Assembly (NCBI GenBank): GCA_964481395.1
Contig: CAYZYG010000014.1
Coordinates: 217-64,216, forward strand
DNA length: 64,000 nt
Direction: 5' to 3'
Source of the DNA: an uncultured Vicinamibacterales bacterium
GTDB taxonomy: Bacteria > Acidobacteriota > Vicinamibacteria > Vicinamibacterales > JAKQTR01
Shown: one piece after another, positions 1-9,682 of the stretch
How the letters are laid out: every line of letters starts with the position of its first letter
Position numbering within the stretch: position 1 is the first letter of the stretch
Notes under the pieces: generated by a model
Told to the model about the DNA's origin: nothing
Database searches by the model: none
Seen by the model: the letters and a program-made list of their open reading frames with translations, nothing else
Position numbers and translations under genes: made by a program

Positions 1-746
1 GTCGACCAGCACGATCTCGCCGGTGATCGCCGAGCTCTCCGGCCCCAGCAGGAACCGGCCGGTCTCGCCGACTTCCTCGAGTTCGACGTTTCGCCGCAGC
101 GGAGCCTTGTCGCGGTAGACCTGCAGGATGTTCGAGAACCCCGAGATGCCCGAGGCGGCCAGCGTGCGAATCGGCCCGGCCGAGATCGCGTTCACCCGGA
201 TGTTCTGTGGCCCCAGGTCCGCCGCCAGGTAGCGGACCGACGATTCGAGCGCCGCCTTGGCCACGCCCATGACGTTGTAATTCGTGAAAACGCGCTCGCT
301 GCCAAGATAGGTCAGCGTGAGGATGCTGCCGCCGCCCCGGGCGGCCATCATCGGCGCTGCCCGGCGCGACAGGGCGACGAGCGAGTACGCGCTCACCTCC
401 AGGGCGATACGGAACCCCTCCCGGCTCGTTTCGACGAAGGGGCGAGAGAGTTCCTCGCGCGGAGCGAACGCAGCGCCGTGGAGCAGGAAGTCGAGTCCCC
501 CGAACTCCCCGGCGATGGTCTCGAACGCCTCGTCGATCTCCATCTCCGAGGTGACATCGATAGGAAGCAGGAGGGGATCGGTGATCTCCTGGGCCAGCTC
601 ACGGACGTTTTCGCCCAGGCGCTCGCCCTGGTACGAGAGCGCGAGACGCGCCCCATCGCGGGCAAGGCACCTGGCAATCGCCCAGGCGATCGAGCGTCTG
701 TTGGCGATACCGGTGATCAGGCCGTGCTTGCCTGCCAGAACGCTCA
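1..746 (-). CDS. fabI: enoyl-[acyl-carrier-protein] reductase FabI (3-prime end runs off the window)
   Basis: Reverse translation from the ATG at complement 744-746 gives MSVLAGKHGLITGIANRRSIAWAIA...YNVMGVAKAALE...IRVNAISAGPIRTLAASGI. This shows the SDR glycine-rich loop and the Tyr-x6-Lys FabI motif. It is absent from the ORF track because the window edge truncates it. Confidence 0.9.
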
Positions 747-754
747 TGGGAGGG

Positions 755-1474
755 TCAGTGCTTCTTGCGGCGCCTGGGCCCCGATGGCGAGCCGTGCTGG
801 GGATGGCGCCCGCCGTGTCCGCCCTGCGGGTGATTCCCGCCGCGGCCGTGCCCCTGGCCGCCGCCGTGCCCGCGATGACCGAACTGACCCGTGTTCCCGT
901 GAGCGGAGCGTCCGCCCTGGCGGTGCTGGCTGCCGGATCCCTGCTTGAATCCCTTCCCGTGGAAGCCGCCACGGCCCGCCGGCACGCGGTGCATCGTGAA
1001 CTCGGGAATCGGACGCGTGACTTCCTGCCCCTCCACCCGCGGCAGCGTGGCCCGAATCAGGCGCCGGTGCACGGGACCATCGTGCGGGCCCCGCGGGGGA
1101 TGCTCATCCGCTTCGGCTTCGAGCGGCCCAGGCGCGGCGGCTGCCATCGGATTCGCCACGGCAACGGGGGCCTCCGCATCTTCTGTACGCCCGTCCTGTG
1201 CCAACGGACCCGCCGGCAGCGGATCCAGCCGCGCGCCGTTCGCCGGCTCCGGGCTCGGAGCGGCCGTCCTCGGCGGCAGCGGAACCTCGACCTTCTTCTT
1301 GCGGCTGACCGGAACCTTGGCCTGCTTGTACTCGTGCTCCGCGTCGCACGTCGTGCATCGGGTCTGGCGGATAGTCTCGCCAACCATAGCCACGACGGCG
1401 TGGTCGCTCAGGCGCCGTTCGCGCGGACAGTAGTCTTCGACGATGTCACCGACCCGTAGCTGCCGCTGCAGCAT
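755..1474 (-). CDS. hypothetical protein with N-terminal CxxC-type zinc-ribbon-like region and Gly/His/Arg-rich C-terminal tail
   Basis: 239-aa ORF directly upstream of fabI on the same strand (8-bp gap). It has Cys pairs CPRERR...CTTCDAEH and a tail HGKGFKQGSGSQHRQGGRSAHGNTGQFGHRGHGGGQGHGRGGNHPQGGHGG. I recognise no family. Confidence 0.55.
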   Translation of the reverse strand: MLQRQLRVGDIVEDYCPRERRLSDHAVVAMVGETIRQTRCTTCDAEHEYKQAKVPVSRKKKVEVPLPPRTAAPSPEPANGARLDPLPAGPLAQDGRTEDAEAPVAVANPMAAAAPGPLEAEADEHPPRGPHDGPVHRRLIRATLPRVEGQEVTRPIPEFTMHRVPAGRGGFHGKGFKQGSGSQHRQGGRSAHGNTGQFGHRGHGGGQGHGRGGNHPQGGHGGRHPQHGSPSGPRRRKKH

Positions 1475-1659
1475 GAAGCTCTCCCAAGAAAAACCAGACG
1501 GCGGGAATGGGCGTCGCTCTTAAACCCTGAGCTCAGTCGCGTCAGCGCGCCTGGGCGCGCGGCGTGCGCGGTGACGACTGGACCAACCAAGAATGCCCGA
1601 CGCAACTGGTCGTAGGGTAGGACAAGGGATGATAACAAGCTCCGGGCCTGAGGGCAACA

Positions 1660-3078
1660 TCAGGATGCGGTTCCTGGTCCCTGGGCCCCGGCCCCCGGTC
1701 CCTGTGCTCCCAGCCACGCCCTGAGTTCCGCGAGCGCCTGGCGGACCGCGTCGGGACTCGTCGACTGGGGCGTGCGCTTCGCGCCGACCGACGCGCGCGC
1801 GGTGATCGTCCATCCGGCGTCCTCACCGAAGGCCGGGGCGAACCGCGCCCACTCCTGGGGAGTCAGGTGGCTGAAGTCGCGCCCTGTCGCCGCCAGTTCC
1901 CGGACCATGGCGCCGACCGTCGCGTGCGCCTCGCGGAACGGCACGCCGCGCGCCACCAGGTAGTCCGCCACATCGGTCGCGAGCAGCAGCCCCGATGCCG
2001 CCGCCGCGGCACGATCGGCGGCGAAGCGAAGCCCGGCGACCACCGACGTTGTCGCGGCGAGCGACCCGGCCAGCGTCGCCTCGGCGTCGAACGCGGCTTC
2101 CTTGTCTTCCTGGAGGTCGCGGTTGTAGCCGCTCGGCAGTCCCTTCATCGTCGTCAGCCATCCGGCCAGAGCGCCGACGACGCGCCCGGTCTTGCCGCGA
2201 ACCAGTTCGAGGGGATCCGGGTTCTTCTTCTGGGGCATGAGGCTGCTGCCCGTGGCGAAGCGATCGGGCAGGTCGAAGTAGCCGAACTCCTCGCCGGTGA
2301 AGAACACCAGATCCTCGGCCAGCCGGCTCAGGTGCACCATCGTCAGCGCGGACGCGTGGAGGAAGCTCGACACGAAGTCGCGGTCCGAGGAGGCGTCGAG
2401 GCTGTTGACCACGACGCGGGAGAACCCCAGCTCGGCGGCCAGCGCCGTCGTGTCGACGGCGTAGTTCGTTCCGGCGATGGCTCCCGACCCGAGCGGCATG
2501 GCGTCGGCATCGGCCGAAGCCGTCTCGAGCCTGGCGACATCGCGTCGCAGCGCGGCCGCGTGGGCGAGGAAGTAGTGAGCGGCGAGGACCGGCTGCGCGC
2601 GTCGCACGTGCGTGTACGCCGGCATGACCGCCTCCCCGCAGGACGAGGCCTGATCGGCGAGCGCCGACACCAGCCGGCGAACGAGGTCGCGCAGCAGTGG
2701 AATGCGCCGCCGCAGGAAGAGCCGCAGGTCGAGCGACACCTGTTCGTTGCGCGACCGGCCTGTGTGGAGGCGTTTGCCCGCCTCCCCGATCCGCTCCACG
2801 AGCCGTCGTTCGACGAAGGCATGGATGTCCTCGTCCGGACCCGTGACGAATCCCGGATCGCGCCGTCCCTCTTCGAGGATTGCCTGCAGGCCGCTGATGA
2901 TCGCGTCTGCGTCGTCTGTCGAGATCGCCCCGGCCCGCGCGAGCGCGCGCGCCCACGCGAGGCTGCCCGTCACGTCGTCCTCGAAGAGACGCCGATCGAA
3001 CGGCAGGGAAACGCCGAAGCCGAACACGTCCGGATCCGGATCCCCATCGAACCGGCCCGACCAGAGATGCGTGGTCAT
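1660..3078 (-). CDS. argH: argininosuccinate lyase
   Basis: These are the C-terminal 472 codons of the 1660..4140 ORF, starting MTTHLWSGRFDG. The lyase-1 signature GSSLMPQKKNP is present. The ATG (3076-3078) overlaps the argG TGA (3078-3080) as ATGA. Confidence 0.93.
   Translation of the reverse strand: MTTHLWSGRFDGDPDPDVFGFGVSLPFDRRLFEDDVTGSLAWARALARAGAISTDDADAIISGLQAILEEGRRDPGFVTGPDEDIHAFVERRLVERIGEAGKRLHTGRSRNEQVSLDLRLFLRRRIPLLRDLVRRLVSALADQASSCGEAVMPAYTHVRRAQPVLAAHYFLAHAAALRRDVARLETASADADAMPLGSGAIAGTNYAVDTTALAAELGFSRVVVNSLDASSDRDFVSSFLHASALTMVHLSRLAEDLVFFTGEEFGYFDLPDRFATGSSLMPQKKNPDPLELVRGKTGRVVGALAGWLTTMKGLPSGYNRDLQEDKEAAFDAEATLAGSLAATTSVVAGLRFAADRAAAAASGLLLATDVADYLVARGVPFREAHATVGAMVRELAATGRDFSHLTPQEWARFAPAFGEDAGWTITARASVGAKRTPQSTSPDAVRQALAELRAWLGAQGPGAGAQGPGTAS
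1669..1703 (-). repeat. heptamer array, GGGGACC-type, 5 degenerate units
   Basis: Plus strand reads ggttcct ggtccct gggcccc ggccccc ggtccct. It lies inside the last codons of argH and encodes the tail GAQGPGAGAQGPG. Confidence 0.8.
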
Positions 3079-4178
3079 CAGAAGACTCCGTGCGGTGCCG
3101 GCACGCCGTCCGGAACGGCCGTCCGACCGTCCAGCGCGAACGGCGACCGCCGCGAACGGACCCGGCAGCTGCCCTGGAATACCGCGAGGCGGATCGTGCC
3201 GGTGACTCGCGGCTCGACGTCGGCGACCAGCGCGTCGATGGCGCTCCGGGTCGGCGAGAACCACGCTCCGCGATCCACGAGATCGGCGTAGCGGATGGCG
3301 AGGTCGCGGGTGAGTTGTTCGAGGTCCGCCGAAACGACGAGGCGCTGGAGTTCCCGGTGTGCGGCGAGCAGCACGACAGCGGCAGGCGCCTCGCCGATGA
3401 CCCGGGTCTTCAGGCCAGAGACCTCTGTCGTCGACGTGTCGAGGCGGCCGACGCCGTGGTCGCCCGCAATCGTCGTGATGCTGTCGATCAGCTCGAGTAG
3501 GCCCATGGACACGCCGTTCACCCCGATGGGCACCCCGCGGCTGAATTCGATGTCGAGCGTGGCCGGATGCGCGGGCCACCGATCCGGGTCTGTCGTCTGC
3601 GAGAACAGACCGCCTGGCAGTTCGCCCCAGGGATCCGACAGGCCATCCAGATGCACGGTTCGGCCCCACAGACTGGCGTCGACCCCTGAACGGCGCGGCC
3701 CGGATGCGGCGCCGGCGCGTATCACGGCGTCCTGAGTCACGGCTGTCGGCGGCGGCGCCACGATCCGGATGTCCGGGGCGACGGCTCTGACGGACCGCTC
3801 GAGACGCAGGCGGTCGTCGCCCTGGTCGCGGCACCCGTGGGCGACAGCCGAGGCGCCCTCGATTCGCGCGATCTCGGCGAGTCGGCTGGCGATGAGCGGA
3901 CGGCTGAGCGCGGTGGCGTGCGGATCGCCGCCCTCGCGCACGGAGCCCGCCTGCAGCGCGGGCAGGACGAACGAGGACGCGAAATCCTGGCGCGCGTCCA
4001 GCACGTGCGCGTTGACGGCACCTGCGGACAGGGCGCGTTCGCGAACGGCGTTGAGATCGCCCCCCTGCCCGACGTCGACCGTGAGGGTGATGACATCCGC
4101 CCCGAAGGTGGCGGCGAGCCACGGCACCGCCGCCGTGCACCGGTCTCCGCCCGAGTACGCCAGAACGATCCGTTCCAT
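3078..4178 (-). CDS. argG: argininosuccinate synthase-like protein (short, divergent)
   Basis: MERIVLAYSGG..., HG...G.D..R.E and GHGVGRLD are collinear with ArgG. The gene sits between argR and argH and is translationally coupled to argH. It is only 366 aa, and several canonical motifs are altered (see findings). Confidence 0.75.
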   Translation of the reverse strand: MERIVLAYSGGDRCTAAVPWLAATFGADVITLTVDVGQGGDLNAVRERALSAGAVNAHVLDARQDFASSFVLPALQAGSVREGGDPHATALSRPLIASRLAEIARIEGASAVAHGCRDQGDDRLRLERSVRAVAPDIRIVAPPPTAVTQDAVIRAGAASGPRRSGVDASLWGRTVHLDGLSDPWGELPGGLFSQTTDPDRWPAHPATLDIEFSRGVPIGVNGVSMGLLELIDSITTIAGDHGVGRLDTSTTEVSGLKTRVIGEAPAAVVLLAAHRELQRLVVSADLEQLTRDLAIRYADLVDRGAWFSPTRSAIDALVADVEPRVTGTIRLAVFQGSCRVRSRRSPFALDGRTAVPDGVPAPHGVF

Positions 4179-4186
4179 GAACTGGG

Positions 4187-4642
4187 TTACCCTGCGGTCA
4201 GCTCGAGCATGTGCCGCGCCGTTCGTGCGGCCGTGCGAGCGTCCCGGCAGATGACGAGCACCGTGTCGTCGCCGGCAATCGTGCCCATGACGCCGGCGAG
4301 GGCGGCAAGATCGAGGGCCGCCGCCAGCGGTTGGGCCTGGGCGGTCCCTGTCTTGGCGACGACCAATTGCCCGGCGTGGTCCACGCCCGTCAGATGCTCC
4401 TGCACCGCGTGTCGCAGGCGGGCCGAAATCAGCTCCGGCGCGGCCGGCTCGGCGCCCGGCCGATGGTACGCGCCGTTCGCCAGCCCTTTGACGAGACCGA
4501 GGTCCTTCAGGTCGCGAGAGAGGGTGGCCTGGGTCACCGAGAAGCCCTTGCGCTCGAGCCGCCGGCGCAGGGCGTCCTGGCTCACGATGGCCTCGTGATC
4601 GACCAGATCCAGAATCGCCGACTGGCGCTGCCGCTTCATCAT
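4187..4642 (-). CDS. argR: arginine repressor
   Basis: 151 aa. N-terminal winged helix SQDALRRRLERKGFSVTQATLSRDLKDLGLVK and C-terminal GTIAGDDTVLVI motif are typical of ArgR/AhrC. Confidence 0.9.
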   Translation of the reverse strand: MMKRQRQSAILDLVDHEAIVSQDALRRRLERKGFSVTQATLSRDLKDLGLVKGLANGAYHRPGAEPAAPELISARLRHAVQEHLTGVDHAGQLVVAKTGTAQAQPLAAALDLAALAGVMGTIAGDDTVLVICRDARTAARTARHMLELTAG

Positions 4643-4764
4643 GGTTGTGTAAGTCTATTCATAAATATTGATGATTATTCACTTCGTGTCAAGACTTGTC
4701 GCTTATTTTGTGCCGACTATCTTGACACAAGCGTCGTCCGTTCTGCATACTTATTCACTCTGAC
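4643..4764. promoter_or_regulatory. divergent arg promoter/operator region with ARG-box-like sites
   Basis: This is the only AT-rich stretch in the area. ARG-box-like imperfect palindromes lie at about 4654-4683 (ATTCATAAATATTGATGATTATTCA) and 4744-4757 (TGCATACTTATTCA). TTGACA at 4722-4727 plus CATACT at 4746-4751 (18-nt spacer) face argC. TTGACA on the minus strand (complement of 4687-4692) plus AATATT (4664-4669) face argR. A 9-bp inverted repeat GTGTCAAGA/TCTTGACAC lies at 4686-4694 and 4720-4728. Confidence 0.6.
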
Positions 4765-5768
<1,004 letters not shown>

Positions 5769-5769
<1 letters not shown>

Positions 5770-6662
5770 TGGCACCGCAGGCCGGTGAGCGACCGCAGGA
5801 GTGTCCCGGCCGGGCCCGGGCCGGCGCCGACACGACGGGAAGCGCGACCCCGACGCCCGTGGTGCTGAAACTCGGCGGCGAGTTGCTGGAAACGCCCCTG
5901 CGAATGGCGTCGCTCGCGGGAGCCATCGCCGCAGCAGCGGGCAATCTCCCGCTGGTCGTCGCCCACGGCGGCGGACGGGAGATCGACGCGTCGCTCAAGG
6001 CGGCAGGCATTCAGAAGCGTCAGGTGGACGGACTCCGCGTCACCGATGAGGCCACGCTGTCGGTCGTCGTGTCGGTGCTGGCTGGGTCGATCAACACCCG
6101 GTTCGTCGCCGCGATCAATGCCGCCGGCGGCCACGCCGTGGGCCTGACGGGCGCCGACGCCGGCGTGGTTCCGGTCGAACCGATGCCGGCCTACCGCACC
6201 GCGTCCGGCGAACTCGTGTCGCTCGAGCGCGTCGGTCAGCCGCTCCTGGACGGCGCGGCCGCGCTGCTCGGCCATCTGCTGGACGGCCGATACCTTCCCG
6301 TCGTCGCCAGCATCGGCGCGGGGCGGAACGGCGCGCTTTACAACGTCAACGCCGACACGCTGGCGGCCGCGCTTGCCGCGCGCACGCGCGCGGCGCGGCT
6401 GGTCATCGCCGGAACGTCGAATGGCGTCCTGGACGGCGAGGGCCGCACGATCCCCGTCCTCGACCAGGCAACCGAGTCAGCCATGATCCGGAGCGGCGCC
6501 GTCAACGCGGGCATGCTGGCGAAGCTGCAGGCCTGCCGCGCCGCCCTCGCGGCAGGCGTCGCCGACGTGATCGTCATCAACGGCTCCGACCCCCGGCGTC
6601 TTGCCGAGGTGGTCTCCGGCGCGAACGGCGTCGGCGTCGATGCCACGAGGATCGTCCCATGA
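5769..6662 (+). CDS. argB: acetylglutamate kinase
   Basis: In-frame ATG at 5769 overlaps the argC TGA. Amino-acid-kinase motifs VLKLGGELL, VVAHGGG and NVNADTLAAALA are present. The ORF-track start at 5676 overlaps argC and was not used. Confidence 0.88.
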
Positions 6663-7888
6663 CACTGCCCGCTCCATCCGTCATCAGCAGCGAGGCGAAG
6701 GCGCTCGAGGCCGTGCACGTGCTCCAGACCTACAAGCGCGCGCCGGTCGTCTTCGTCCGCGGTGAGGGAGTGTACCTCTTCGACGAGACCGGTCGCCGGT
6801 ACCTGGACCTGATCTCGGGGGTTGGCGTCGCGTCGCTGGGCCACGCCCATCCGGGCCTCGCCGAGGCGCTGAGTGAACAGGCGCGCACGCTCGTCCACAC
6901 GTCGAACCTGTACTTCCACCAGCTGCAGGGACAGGTGGCCGCGCGCCTCGCCTCGCTCTCGGGCCTCGGTCGCGCGTTCTTCTGCAACTCCGGCACCGAG
7001 GCCGTCGAAGGATGCCTCAAGTTCGCCCGGCGGTACTGGTACACTGCCGGCGATCGCGTCCGTACGGGCATCGTCGCCTTCGAGCACGCGTTTCACGGCC
7101 GGACGCTGGGCTCGCTCTCGCTCACGTGGGACGAGCACTACCGGGCGCCGTTCACCCCACTTCTGGCCGACGTCACCTGGGTGCCGCCCGGCGATCCCGA
7201 AGCCCTCGCCGCGGCCGTCACGCCGTCCACTGCGGCCATCATCATCGAGGCGATCCAGGGCGAGGGCGGCGTGCGACCGCTCGGCGCCGGGATGGCGACG
7301 GCGATCGCGGAGGCCCAGGAGCGGACGGGCGCCCTGCTCATCGCGGACGAGGTGCAGTGCGGCCTCGGGCGGACCGGCCGGCCCTTCGCGTACCAGACGC
7401 TCGGCCTGCGCCCGGATCTCGCCGCCGTCGGGAAGGCGCTTGGCGGCGGCATGCCGGTCGGCGCTGCGCTCCTCTCCGAACGGATGGCCGCGGCCGTCTC
7501 AGCAGGCGACCACGGCAGCACCTACGGCGGGAATCTCCTCGCCTGCCGCGCCGCCATGGTCTTCCTCGAAGCGCTGACGGACGGCGGCCTCCTCGAGCAC
7601 GTGAACCGCGTCGGCGCGTACCTCGGGAAGGAACTCGCGCACCTCGCCTCAGCCCACCCGATCGTCCGCGAGATCCGCGGCGCGGGGCTCATGTGGGGGC
7701 TCGATCTTCACGCGGACGCAGGTCCGTTCGTCGAGCGCGCCCTCGCGTCCGGACTGCTCATCAACCGCACGGCCGGCTCTGTCATCCGGATGCTGCCGCC
7801 GTTCGTGCTGACCGAAGCGCAGGCGGACGAAGCGCTCCACATGCTGGACGACGTCCTGACCCACACGACAGCGGAGCACAGGGCATGA
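6659..7888 (+). CDS. argD: acetylornithine aminotransferase
   Basis: 409 aa class-III aminotransferase. Motifs: FCNSGTEAVEGCLKFAR, ADEVQCGLGRTGRPFA, and the PLP lysine in AAVGKALGGG. The start overlaps the argB stop. Confidence 0.92.
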   Translation: MTLPAPSVISSEAKALEAVHVLQTYKRAPVVFVRGEGVYLFDETGRRYLDLISGVGVASLGHAHPGLAEALSEQARTLVHTSNLYFHQLQGQVAARLASLSGLGRAFFCNSGTEAVEGCLKFARRYWYTAGDRVRTGIVAFEHAFHGRTLGSLSLTWDEHYRAPFTPLLADVTWVPPGDPEALAAAVTPSTAAIIIEAIQGEGGVRPLGAGMATAIAEAQERTGALLIADEVQCGLGRTGRPFAYQTLGLRPDLAAVGKALGGGMPVGAALLSERMAAAVSAGDHGSTYGGNLLACRAAMVFLEALTDGGLLEHVNRVGAYLGKELAHLASAHPIVREIRGAGLMWGLDLHADAGPFVERALASGLLINRTAGSVIRMLPPFVLTEAQADEALHMLDDVLTHTTAEHRA

Positions 7889-8441
7889 ACAGCCAGGTCT
7901 CGAGTCCGATCGCCCCGCCGGAGCCGCACGCCCCGCCGGCCGGTCCCGTTCCGCGCCCGGCTGCCCCGGCAGACGCCGCGGCCATCCACGCGCTCATCGC
8001 GCGAAATCTCGAGGCGGGGCACCTGCTGCCACGCACGCTGGCCGACGTCGCGCGGCACGTCTGCCGGTTCGTCGTCGTCGCGTCCGGAGATGGCGAGCCG
8101 CTGGCATGCGCGGAACTCGCGCCTCTGAGCGCGGGCGTCGCCGAAGTGCGGTCGCTCGTGGTACACGAATCCGCCCGCAACCTGGGCCTCGGCCGCATCA
8201 TCGTCCGGGAACTGCGCCGCCGCGCCAGGGCCGGTCGATTCCGGACGCTTTGCGCGTTCACGCACGACCCGCGCTTCTTCACGCGGCTCGGGTTCTCGAT
8301 CGTGCCCCACTTCTGGCTGCCCGAGAAGGTCGCCGCCGACTGCTGGAACTGCCCGCTCTTCCAGAAGTGCGGGCAGTACGCCATGATCGACTCGTGCCTC
8401 GGGCGCGCAGGCCTGCCGGCCCCGGGACGGGAGCGATTCTC

Positions 8442-8445
<4 letters not shown>
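7885..8445 (+). CDS. GNAT-family N-acetyltransferase, short N-acetylglutamate-synthase-like
   Basis: 186 aa, from an in-frame ATG at 7885 (ATGA overlap with the argD stop). It has an acetyl-CoA loop RNLGLGRIIVREL and a C-terminal CWNCPLFQKC motif. It is embedded in the arg operon. Confidence 0.75.
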
Positions 8446-9674
<1,229 letters not shown>

Positions 9675-9682
9675 GATCGGAT

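Noticed and set aside
1660-4140. 826-aa ORF in the track that would make a giant ArgH
   Set aside because: Only the C-terminal 472 codons (from MTTHLWSGRFDG at complement 3078) look like argininosuccinate lyase. The N-terminal 354 codons are Arg/Pro/Gly-rich nonsense that overlaps argG in another frame.
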